Of a DNA stretch of 64,000 nt, positions 52,165-64,000 are shown one piece after another; the first letter of the stretch is position 1, and the number at the start of each line of letters is the position of its first letter. The stretch spans positions 101,806,001 through 101,870,000 of the forward strand of contig NC_087436.1 of the NCBI RefSeq assembly GCF_036321535.1, read 5' to 3'. A program made the position numbers and the translations under genes. Below the pieces are notes generated by a model. The model ran no database searches and was not told the origin of the DNA. It saw only the letters and a program-made list of their open reading frames with translations. Source of the stretch: Camelus dromedarius (taxonomy: Eukaryota).

Positions 52165-53379
52165 GCATTCAAAGCAAATACTAAGGTCAGTATGTGAAAA
52201 CAGAGAAAGTTTCATGTTGACACATTGATTTTATATTTTGAGATACAATTTATAAAACTAACAAAACTAGGAATAAATAAATATTGCTCCTTAAAATTTA
52301 TTTTCTAATTGGTGCTCTTTTGCAGTTTCCTCAAGATCCCATACTGATTGTAGTATGATATTTATTCATTCATCTTAAATGCTTGTTCAAAAGTCCACTT
52401 TTTTTAGCAAAATCCTTGTCACACTCAATAGGTGACATTGTATCCATTTATCAAAAGTTTCTTAAACTATGCAAATAAGACCATGCCATTTTCACAAATA
52501 ATGTTCATTATCATACATTAGAAAATTAAATACTATTAATGATAATGGAAGAAAGCATGAATTAATGATAAAAAAGCCACACAAACAAAACACAAAATTA
52601 TTCATAGATTGTATTTTTGATCACAAGGAAAAAATTCACTGAGTATGTGTAGGGTAAGATTTTCAGTCTTCAAAATATTAGGTGTAAAATAAAAATAAAT
52701 AAATTAAAATAAAAAATAAAAAAAATTAGGTGTGTGTATATATATGTATATATTTCATATATTTAAAAAAATTGAGCTACGTAATTTAGTGATCTGTATT
52801 TAGAAACATATGTTTCTATGAGTTGGGGAAAGACACTGTATTGTCAGTTCACCATTAATCTCCCTTTTGATAGGCCTGTTAACAAGACAGTTGTTGAATG
52901 TTAAAAAAAAAACAACACATAATTGTATCACTCAGTAAAAACACTAGCCCTCTCTTTTCAGACTTCATGCTCTGGAACTAAAAGTTATGTGCAGATTAGT
53001 AAAGTGTATCAATTTCACACTGTATTCCAAATACTAATGCTTCTTATGTGTTGGTGGGAGAACTTCCTCCATATAAAATCTGTGCTATATTTGGGCAGCT
53101 AGATGTGACTTAGAAATAGAAATATTTTTTGAGTCAAATGAAAAACATAAAGGCTTTGTCTATATGTACATATTTTAAGTCACATTTATTCATTGTAAAC
53201 TGTATGCATTTCCACTGAATAAAGCAAATGGTAAAGAAAACTGCATACCAATAAAACAGAAAGACTTTGAATATTTTGATTAGTATCATTCCAGATACAG
53301 ACAAAAATGAGATCAATAACAAAGAATTAGATACGTATGTATGTATGTATTCCAAAATGTAATCATCTTTATGTATGTA

Positions 53380-54045
53380 TTCATAGGTATAGATTATGAA
53401 TGTGTTTACATACTATGTGCATGCATATCACAAATATCCCAGACTATAATCATAGTATATATTCTGCTTTATTGTATAACTTTGCTTAATGATTTTTATT
53501 TAATAATATTTTAAAAATTGTTCCATTTCCATACCTACATACCTGCATCATTATAATCATCATCATCATACTTTTTAATGGTCACATAATGTGACCATTC
53601 TTCTACATATAGAATATAGTTTTTTTAAACAATCTTATATTTGGAAGAATGTAGATTATCAATTTTTAATGTTATAAACAATTCATGAGAAATATCAATC
53701 ATTAAATGTATATTTCATTCAACAAAATGTACATCAAAATCTTTTCTAGCAGATGGCCACAGCAGGTTAAAATGCAGAAAATATTTGTTTGCATGGTTCT
53801 CACACAAATATTTGTTTCCAATTATTTTCTTGGAAAGTAATATTAGAAGTACCATTATTTCCTCAAAGAAAATATTTAAAGAATCTTTCTTTGTATTGCT
53901 AAATTGCACTCCCAAAAGTTTGAGCCAAATTAGAAACCCACTTTAATGCATGAAAATAACCTATATCCCCATATATTTACCATCATTGGATATTGCCATT
54001 TAGAAATACAAATTTGTCAGGCATATCATTGTTTTAATTTGAATA
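53380..54045 (-). mobile_element. Decayed L1ME 3' region
   Basis: tatattctgc...ttccattt...aaattgcactcccaaaag...ttgttttaattt. Confidence 0.45.
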
Positions 54046-54129
54046 ATTTAATTTGGATAGTTTAAACTAATACTCAGATGGAGAACTTTAACGTACCTAT
54101 TGAAATTTGCTATTTCTTCTGAGGCGCTA

Positions 54130-54385
54130 TCACATAGGGCTAAAAGCCGGAACAGTGGTGTTAGAACACATTGGCTTAAATCTCAGCTGTCACCTCCCAG
54201 CCATGTGACTTGGCTACCACATGCCTTATTTTCCCTATCCATAGGGAATAGGTTTAATAAAAATGAGGATTAAATATAATTGTATACATATTACATACTT
54301 AATACATATATATAATACATATGGGTATAATTATGTATATAATTTAGAATAATACCTGGCATATAAGAATGATTATTTAAATACC
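54130..54385 (+). mobile_element. MIR SINE
   Basis: ggcttaaatctcagctgtcac...gccatgtgacttgg...tgaggattaaat...tttagaataatacctggcatata. Confidence 0.7.
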
Positions 54386-57300
54386 ATGATTATATACTCA
54401 TGTGCACGGCCTGTATTGATCTGAGAATTAATCTTCCAATTTTCTATTGTGAGAATTCCTTAGGAATAAATGATACTGACTCTTACAGCCATAGACACAC
54501 TGACCTCCCTTAATCTCCCCAAGTAATAACCAGTCTTTTATTTGGATGGTCCCAAATACAATGTTTTCACTCAAAAAGTAATAAACTCAAAGCTTAATTC
54601 TTTAAATGAATCTATGACACATTTTATCAATCTATAGATTTGTTCTTTAGTAAAACAAATATATGGTTTAAGGGAAGTTTTATTTGCACTGGTGCATTTT
54701 CTTTTTCTGAATAAATGAAACACTAAATGGTCTTTGCCAGTACCTAGAGGGGCCTGCATTTTCTTGGGAGGTCTAGAAATAAATATATGGTGGTTAATGA
54801 AAACACATGCCAACCTTGCTAGTGTTTTTGGATAGATGATCAGTCGTAAGGAAATGCACAATAGTGGCATTACAGGAGAATTCCTGCTGCTAACTCTCAC
54901 TGAATTGCTTTCGTGTGAATAATGACAACACTTCGGAGGAGAATTGCTGCAGTTTCATACTCAATAAAGGAGAAAAAAAAAAAATTACCTCTGGCTACTT
55001 TTCTTTCCCAACTCTGGCAACCAGTTCCATTTCCCCACAAGAAAACAAAGAAAGTGAAGAGGAATGGCCCAAAGTTTCAAAATCTGGGAGGTAGAAAGGA
55101 GAATGGGTGACATAAAAAGTAATTCGGCAAAGTCAGAACTGCCCTGAATCCCTCGGCTCTTTGATGATGGGCACACATGCTCTCTCCCCACGCTGTCTCA
55201 TCGCCCCGCCAGCTTCTGCGTTTCAAGACACTACCCTAAAACTTTCTAAAAGACCTAGACCTGACCTAGTCCTCACCATCTGAACAGGAGATCGTGCCAG
55301 CTTTGTGTCCTCTTGTTTCAGATCAGGCAGTGTAATTAAAAATGAGTCACACTTTGGGAACCACAGAAAGACACCTTCTCTTGAAATTCAAGGTATAGTG
55401 CTATTTCTGGTAGATTCCAGTGGTCTAATTTATTCAAATGTCCAATAATAACCCAGCAGGGACAGTGCCTGGAGTCCTATCATGAAGTTTCTGTCTCTCA
55501 AACCCCTTGCTTATAATAAAATAAGCTACAGAAGTTATTTTCCTGTGGCGTTTTTAGTCCTTCAAGACAACCGAGAAAAATGAAAAGTTTTTTCTTCCAG
55601 CAGTCCAAGTATGATGTCATAGTTATCTATCCACTCTAACTATTCTGCCTCCTTTCTAGAACTAGACTGTGCTCAGTTTAGGCAGGAAGATCAACAACAA
55701 CAACAAAAGATAGATAATCAAAACTGTAGAAGAAAAAAATATATATAAACTCTTCCCAAATCAGTTTACATAAACTTGCCTCAACACCATTTGTCCATAA
55801 TATATATACATACGTGTATACTACATAAAATAAATTAAGTAATAAAACAATTATACTGCATTATCCATACAAATTTTATCCTTTACAAACACATCTCCCA
55901 AATGTCTACTAGTGATTCTTCTTTGAAGGGGTTCAACAAATAATAATCCTAAGACTAATTGGCACTCCTTAAAACACAACATGGTTGACAAAACACAACC
56001 CCCAAATAAAGAGATTCTCGAGAACACAAAGAAAGCAAGTGTATTGGTGCCTGCATTCAATTACTGTACTATAAGGCATTCATTCCTTTAGAAGAACCTA
56101 TTATTTTTTTGAAAATAACGCCAAGTCTCAGCAGGTGCCATCGTGGTGGGCTGTGTGATCTGTATCTCTGCCAAACTCCAGTAATTATTTAGACCAGTCA
56201 GACTCTGTGTATGCTTGACAACAGAGTCAGCATTCACTACATCACTTCAAATTGTTTGTTGGATCTTATTGTTAGGATCATGACATTCATTACAGGGGAC
56301 TAAACCCTTCATTACACATTTTGTCAAAGTCCTCAAGCAATACAGGATTTGAAAAAGAACAAGAAGAATTAGTTTCCTATCAGGAGCTCTTAGACACAAA
56401 ACAATTAAATAAATTTAAAAAAGAAAGAAAGAAAAGGATTTCCAAAATACAGGTTACTTTGTCACTAAAGAGTGACAACTCTTTTTTCATCCACTTGTCA
56501 ATCAGATCAGCCAAAGTATATCATATCTAAAAATATCCAATAAACTTCTTTTTAACAATATTGTAGCTTTGAAAGTCACTTTTTCAAAATATTATCTTTC
56601 TTGCAATCAAATAATAACCTATTGCTTTAAGTGGTATTTTGTTTTTTGCAACTGATACATGATTTGAGGAAATATCTATTGATGTTGGAATGAGACATTA
56701 ATTACCATATAAGACTCCTGTAATAACTATTTTATTTCAGTGCCTTTTTGGTAAATAGAATTTTACCATAACTTCACTGAAGTTATGAGAGTAGAAAAAA
56801 AATCCATTATAAACACTACATTTAACTACTGATTATTGGAACTTCCCTATATTTAAGAGGAATTCTGGACATTACTTTCTATTTTAGTCATGTCCACTAT
56901 GCCATCTACCCTAAAACTTGAATAGCACACTGTATAGACCTCTGTTCACACTTTTTTAAAATAATAAATCCAAGTTTCTCTTCAGTGGAGCATAAATCCA
57001 AAGAAACTTGGCAGTCTCTGAGAGACAGAATATTTAATGCACACTAAATGTGTTCACAGCCAAGAAATCCAACCTACACTACAAACAATGGGTTAGGATT
57101 TTACCTTCCTCAAATGACCACTTACTCTTTGAATTGTCCAGGCTTGTCCAAAGAAACTGCAGCCTGTCCGCTTAGCTTGACGTCCACCTCTCTTGGAAAG
57201 GGTTTGCTGATTATTGTTTTTATGCTCCCTTAATTAAAATTTATTCCTCACTTCACGTTTGGTAAGCTGGACCCAATGAAGCTATATGCCGTCTTCAGCT

Positions 57301-59754
57301 TTTCATGTTTTGTTAGTGTTTCACAGATAACGTTTCCTCTTTGTATGGTTGGTCTTCATTATTTGCCTTTTCTTCTGACTGTGGTTCTTGTGCCAAAGTT
57401 CTGTGGGAAATCACGTTTCTCCCAGTCAGCCTCTGAACTCATCTTAGCTTCTTCCCCTCTGTCTTCCTAGAATTTTCATGAAACAATTTTTATTATAAAT
57501 TATATATCACTAGCTATTCCCAGAAGTGAAATAGAGAAGGTGAAGATCAAGTTACCTATAAAAGATAACAAATTGGAATCTATGTGTTCACCTGACTGGG
57601 GTGGTGTGGTGTGGTATGAATTTGTGTGTCTCTGTGTGTATGACTCTGTGTGTGTGTGTGATTGCTTTATAAACAGGGGCCAAGGTCTTCTTTTTTCTCA
57701 TTTTCCTAGCCATTTAAGATCCTGGGGTTTTCTATAACAGGTGTGTTTCTCCTGGCCTGGTATTATTGATTTCTAAGATTTCATTTCAAACGACGTAAAA
57801 CAGGCCATCCTCGTCTGGGACTCGTCTTTCACAATTCAGCCATTTCTGCTTCACAGGTATGCAGATTTAACAAATCGTCTCGGCCCCCTGCAGTTTCCAA
57901 TTATTACAGTTTACATGATTTAAATTAAACTGTGGGCCTCAGCCTGCCCTTGGGGGAGAGGGAGTGTAGGATTCCTTCTCTGACATCCTGAGACCAGAGA
58001 AGAGTGGGTCCCAAGCCCAGTGCAGCTTCGGAGAGGGAACAAATCATCACAGTGGAAGAAAGTTGCTTCGGTCCCAGGAGGAAAACCCCTTGTAACTGAG
58101 TATTCCAACAGTGAGAAGAAGTTTGTGGAAGAGTTACTTTGTTTTACATCCTGAGTAGACTGTAGACAAAGGTGTCAGCAGCCATGACGCAAAGCAGTTC
58201 TTAAGGCAGGAAATTAAAAGCTGCTAACAGAAGACTCTCTAGCTGCTTGGCATTGAAAACTGACCTTTTGCAATAAGATACAAATGCATCTGGATATTTC
58301 AGTATAATATTTCCCATTAAAATGTATTTATCATATAACATAACACCTCCTCCCAATTTCATTTGTGGTAGTCTGATATCAAATCAGAATGGCCCTCCTG
58401 CCCATTACTGGACAAATGTTGGCATTAAAGTACTTCAGATTTGGAGTGATGCTAAAGATCGTATAGCACATCACTCATCTCCTCTATCCCTGTTGTAATC
58501 CTTGGATCCACAACAGTCCCAACATAGAACTGTCCACCTGGAACACAAACACGTCCAGTGATGAGCATTGCCTCTCATCCAGTGACATCTTAGTAACACA
58601 AAGTGACTAATTATATCAAAAGAAGAGTAAGGTGAAGAAAATGGGGTGGGGAAACAGTATGCCAAAGAATTCACATGGATTATTTTATCATTTTAAAAAA
58701 TCATGATGAGCAGTCAGCTCTTGCATCATAGAAAGATGGCCACCCTCCAGAGTCAATTAATAATCGGAATTCTCTTTGGTCTCTTCCCACCATTCCTCAC
58801 TCTTCCTTGACCTATCTCACTGTCAGGACAATATCAGAGGATAGTCCTGTTTAGTGTCTGTATTGTTTTCTCACCGAGTTCCTGTATTTTCTTTCACAAG
58901 ATGATTTAGGGTGAAGCTAGTGCCCCATTGTATTTTCCAGCAGCAAAATTATTTCCTAGTCTCATTCAGTTTAGTATGTTAGGTATCCCATGTTATGCCA
59001 AATAATCATTCTTTCTATGTAACTCCTTCGCAGATAAATATTTGGGAACGTCTCCACTGTTGTTTTCATGGATTATCATTTACAAGAAGCAAAAGAAAAT
59101 GCAGGTCCTACTTAGTGGTACAGTTTAGATGCTCCACATTTTATTGAAAACCAGCAGGACTGAAGTTGTCCAGAAGACATGGCACAACATGATGACTAGT
59201 AAGAAAACACCTGCTACGTAGGAAAGGATTCTCAGGAATGTGGGGAAAATATGGAGAGATTAAAAAAGATGTCGACACTTTGTTGTAAAAATACTGCATT
59301 TTTAACATGTCGATTTGTCATGTGTTGTACATGGTGTTTGTGGCCTTGGCTGATACGAAGCAGTTCTGTGAGGTTTGCTTATCAACTAATTTGACTTGGT
59401 GATCAAACTGTACAGTACTTTGTGCATTCTGGATTTTAAAAGTCTTTTTTTATTACTCATTATATCAAATTTACTACTATATGAGTGGAAATTAAACTTT
59501 ATGTAGTTTTTATATGTTGTAATACTTCTTCAAATAAATCTCTCCTATAAATAAATAAAAAGAAGTTGATTGGAGTGGGGTTGTGTGGCTGGCTAGTTTT
59601 AGGGTTAGGGTTACAGTAACATTGAGCAGATAGAATTCTGATAGGTGCCTTTCTGGCCTGAAGAGCTAAAGGAAAGAGTCAGGCAAAAACAAAGGATGAA
59701 AAGTCTAGGGGAAATTTTTGAAAAGAATTACAACATGAGTATAAAAAAATGTTA

Positions 59755-60200
59755 AGTGCTGCCTCAGTCTTGGCTGACACCCAAACCAGGTACACACCAA
59801 GAAGACTATGTGCATCCTAATTAAGAATGAAAAAACAGGACTGTGACTCGAGCTGCCACCTGAGAATGAATTGAACCAAGTTAATTGTCTGCCAAAGCCA
59901 ACAAGCAAACAAAAAATAACACTTTTCAGAAGACTAGAACTTAGAGTCTTCACAAAAATGACAATTACAATGTCTTTACTAAAGATACTTTTTATTAGTG
60001 AATGTAAAAATATTAGTTACGACCTCCAAGGAAAAAGAGATTCCAGGAGACCAACCTTTGGATGACTCAGACGAGAAAAAATTATCAGATAAACATTTTA
60101 CTCAGCTATTATATTGATACACATTGACGTAAAATGGAATATGCATATAGTGAAAGAAGTGTATCTGAGTTATTCAGCTGAGAGTAAGCACTAAGGAAAC
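59755..60200 (+). mobile_element. Old L1M 5' UTR/ORF1 start fragment
   Basis: gagctgccacc...ttgaaccaagttaattgtctgc...agagtcttcacaa...gaccaacc...gatgactcagac. Confidence 0.55.
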
Positions 60201-60849
60201 AATTTCAAACAAACATTCAAGGTAAGAAGAATTGGAGTCCAGTGCAGAAACTTGAGGGATTAAATAATGGGAGAAGATATACAGAGAGAGGGAGAGAAGA
60301 AAGTGTATATTTCCTGAAGGAACAATCTAAAATTGAACTGTAAAAAAAGACTTGAATTAATATCCCTGTGTTTAAATAAGATGTCCATGCAAAGAAGAAA
60401 CCATAGCCATATGCCAAGGAAACTGTACGTTGCAGGGTGAAGTAAACTAGAAAGAAGGATGGTGTGTGTTCATGTAATTTCCCTCCTAGTTTTTGTGTCT
60501 TGGGTCTAGTGGCATTGGGTTGGAGTGGCATTGGGGGATTGCTGTATTATTAGTTGGGTGACTGAAGTAAAGTATAAACATAAGATAGCTATGCCTGGGC
60601 CATCTAAGACTTTGTAAATCCCATGGTGTGCTGTGATATTTCTTATACTAAGGGGATGGCTTATGCTGGAATTGCTTCCCTACTTTTTGGAGAGAGGAGT
60701 GAGAGGCACCATGGTTGGTCGTCCAGAAACATAATAATTATTATAATCAAAGTTACTTCATAAATAATCCTGAGTGTGTAAGTGTTGACCAACAAAGCAA
60801 AATCACACAAAAAAGCCTCTCAGACTGACTTTTCAGTGTATAGGTAAAT

Positions 60850-61065
60850 TGTCTTAGGGTGTGTTCCCCTCAAAGCAGAGCCCAATACAAAAACTTAGGG
60901 TCATAAGTTTTATAATTCCTTTATTGGGATATAATTCCAGAAAAAGGAGTAAGGCCAGGGACAGTGAAGTAGGAAAGAGAGCGAGCAAACACAGATGTGT
61001 TATGCAAGTAGCCACCTCATGGTATCAAGCAAAAATAACTGCTCAATCTTGCAGTCCTATCTTTT
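60850..61065 (-). mobile_element. LTR33-like ERVL LTR
   Basis: tgtcttagggtgtgttcccctcaaagcagagccc...tttattggga...gtgtgttatgcaagtagccac. Confidence 0.65.
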
Positions 61066-61079
61066 AAATGAGCCTCACT

Positions 61080-62230
61080 GGCTTTTCTATAAATAGGAAA
61101 TTATTTGAATAAAATGAGAGTCATTTTTAAAAGGTAGTTAAAATTTCATCTGGGTCTATTTCTCCAGTATACAATTTTCCCAGTTAATGTCCACGAGTCC
61201 TTCAGGAGGTTCAGGGTAATGATTATGACCTCTACTGGGTGGTATTATAGAGTCCCTCCCCAGGGTGAACTGGTCTACTCTTGAAACAATTAGTTCTGTA
61301 TCTATGACTGTCTTGAAAGTAGAAATTGGGTTAAAGACAATAGATTTCTACTGTGGAATTTCTTTTTCTTTTAATTATTCAACGTGAGTTATTTCCTAAT
61401 GTACTATCTGTCCATTTCACCCTTAGGAATACTCTCATTTGTTAGACTTATATCCCTGCAGATCAATGTATCTTGATTGCATTTCTAGGTTTTCTTTCAC
61501 TTATGGTTAAATGCTGCCATCTGGTCTCTTCCGTTGTGAAACCCACAGTCCCCAGTGATGGCCACAGGACTATCTCCCAGAATCAACGTACACAAGACCA
61601 GGAACACCAAGCTTCTCACAGCCACTGGTGCCAGCATGAAGGTACTGATTATTGTTGTAATGAAGAGATGGTCTTTGATGCTTCCCAGAAATATCTGGCA
61701 AGTGCTGAGCTTTCAGATATTATGTGATAAGATTGTTCAAATACTCCCACATCGTTGTGCTATTTGACTACTTTCTCAAAACTATGCAATACTCTGGCAT
61801 ATCAAACTCATTCACTGTCGACCATTTCAAGTCTAAGTTTCAAGGGCCCATTCCAGGAAATTATTAGAAGGCACTTTCCCTGTCCTCATGGGTTCCTTCT
61901 GAAAAGGAACACTGAGGAGAAGAGAGACAAGAGAGGGAAGAAAGGAGAGCCAACACAGGGGAACATTACAGAGCTAGCTACCACTCGGTGCCACATAGAA
62001 ACGATCACTAGTCTTAACAGACCTCTCTTCTAAGAGGCTGCATAAATCACCCTATCTTGGGAAGCACATTAGGAGGATGAAGGAAGAGTGTACTCCCTAC
62101 TTCTGATTAACTATTGGCTAAAGTATTTTCCCACTGAAATTTAATTCTCAAAATTTCCTGGTAGCTTATGTGTTGTTCCCAAGTAGGTCTCAGGGTAAAT
62201 CGTGGCTTAGTTGCATCAGGGGTGACCCAC
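61080..62230 (-). mobile_element. ERVL internal gag-region relic
   Basis: Minus strand ...gcaccagtggctgtgagaagcttggtg...gaccagatggcagcatttaacc resembles the ERVL gag APASLKSSVVA...GQVAALN region. Confidence 0.55.
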
Positions 62231-64000
62231 AGGAAAGAGTGAGATGTACAAGGAATGAGGATGAAATGAGTGAGACACCATTCATCAGTGCCCACGTGAA
62301 GGAATGTCAGAGTCTACACGAAGTGGGTCATAAAAGTGTTAACTAAGGTAGATCAGTGGCCAAGAGCCCTGAAGGGAAATGGAGAGAGTGTGTCCTGGTA
62401 CAACAGCAACGTCTTGACTGCTGGGCCGAAGTTGACATCAAAACGCATGTGAAAACTCAGAAAAGGGCACAGAGTTTCTGCAGCATTGGGAATCTTCAAC
62501 TGTTAGCCTCCAAAGTGATGTGAATTATCTAAATAGACAAACGTCCAGATAAGCACTTCCAGCTCTAAGATGCTAATGAAAAAGAGAAGCTTTACTGTGA
62601 GAAAGCTCCTTTCCTTTGTGCGCAAAGCAACTCCCACTCCCATTAGTGATATGAAAGTCAAACTGGCAAAAATCAACCTGAATAAAAAGAAAAATGAAAA
62701 AGAAAAACAAAATAGGATGGTATCAGAACAATAGCCAAAAAATATAACTTGATCTAAGTTCCAAAATTAAAAAGACTCTAAATTGTAAGCTTTTTGGATG
62801 AAAATACTGATATTTGGGATGTCTTTAAAAACTTAGGCTAATTTATAAAATTCCTCGGTATTCAGACTCATAGGAACAGCACGTTCTTTACAGATGAACA
62901 AAAGTGTGCTTGCCTGGGCCTCTTACATAGGATATTTAGAAGAAAGCTGAGCTGTGCAGAGTTGGAGCACACAGGCAGGAACCACTGCCACGTAGGTCAA
63001 GTGCTTAGAACAACGACTGATGCACAGCAGATGCCCAATACTTCTTTTTAAAGAATGCATGGATTTCTGTTAAAGGAGAAAACAAATGATATAAAATCAC
63101 TGACTAAAGGTATGATCACGGTATTAAAGTTACTCTGATATGTCAATTACATTGGATATACGGAAAGTGATTGTTAACTTCATTTAAAAATGTCAATAGT
63201 CATACTACAACAGAAATTATACTCAATTATTTAAAATTATGACAAATAATTACACATACATGTACACAAACAATATTCCCTAAGGTTATATAGTTTGGGC
63301 ATTATTCTAAAGAGTGTATGATCGAAAACATTAAGACTAGTTTAGAAAATATTGATCTTCAAAATATAGTGGATTCTATTAACTTTGTATTCATGTAATT
63401 CTTTGTTCTTTCTGCTCTGATCCTCTATTTTGAGGCAGGTGATGTGATAGGCATTTGTCTTGCTGAACAAATTGGATTTTGCCTCTCTGATGTAGTTCCT
63501 AGTTCAGTAATTAATACACAGTCAATAATACTTAAGAATAGAAATAATACTTAAGAACAAGTGTGAGATATTAAAGTTACTGTATTGAAATGTTCTACTA
63601 ACTTCAAATGTATACTTACTAAATTAAGTGGAAAAAATACAAATCCTTATGTAGCACTCTCAATATTTTTTCCTTTTATTTTTCGTAAAACACAACTCTC
63701 TGAATAGCCTCTTATAAAATCACTTATTCAGTTTAAATAAATCCCAATCAAGTTGATCTAAAACATCTGATCTAAAAAAAATAATTTCCCCCCTCTATCT
63801 AAATTAGACTCACAACCATTATGCAAAACTAACAATCGTCCTGTTAGGAATCATTTATGTTATTACATGAAATAAGTATGGCTTTTGAACTAGAATATGA
63901 AGAGTTTATATTTTAAAAATATTTTCTTTAGACATAATGTAAAGGGAATATTTAAGTACAAAGAACAAAGAACTAAGATGTTACCGGTAGATGCAACTGG

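Noticed and set aside
59598..59612. TTAGGGTTAGGGTTA interstitial telomere-like repeat
   Set aside because: Only about 2.5 units, too short to distinguish from chance
63524..63557. aataatacttaagaa repeated with a 19-bp period
   Set aside because: Ordinary short slippage duplication in AT-rich DNA
1..64000. Novel multi-gene system, CRISPR-like array or prokaryotic defence locus
   Set aside because: This is mammalian repeat-rich non-coding DNA. It has no long ORFs (maximum 156 aa), no operon structure and no regularly spaced repeat-spacer array.

Overview
AT-rich, CpG-poor, non-coding placental-mammal DNA. Two copies of a tRNA-derived SINE are present, and the longer one carries the tail AAATAAACCTAATTACCTCCCCC. 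Together with no recognisable Alu, B1/B2, BovB/Bov-tA, PRE-1 or Can-SINE, this points to a camelid (camel/llama/alpaca). I find no supportable protein-coding gene, RNA gene, CpG island or CRISPR-like array. The ORFs in the track are chance ORFs or decayed transposon frames. Much of the window is old interspersed repeat: L1M fragments on both strands, L2, MIR, a possible CR1/L3 piece, hAT MITEs (MER63, MER103), ERVL-MaLR LTRs (MLT1), ERVL LTRs (MLT2, LTR16, LTR33, LTR40), three ERVL gag-bearing internal relics and a probable mammalian Gypsy LTR. L1 fragments show no clear strand bias, which fits intergenic DNA somewhat better than a long intron. Repeat family names come from my recall of consensus sequences, not from a search, and most boundaries are approximate. 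I found no convincing novel biological system. The best leads are two poly(A)-tailed inserts of unknown origin, an old local duplication inside a decayed L1, an apparently chimeric MLT1/MLT2 LTR, and a few candidate regulatory or splice motifs.
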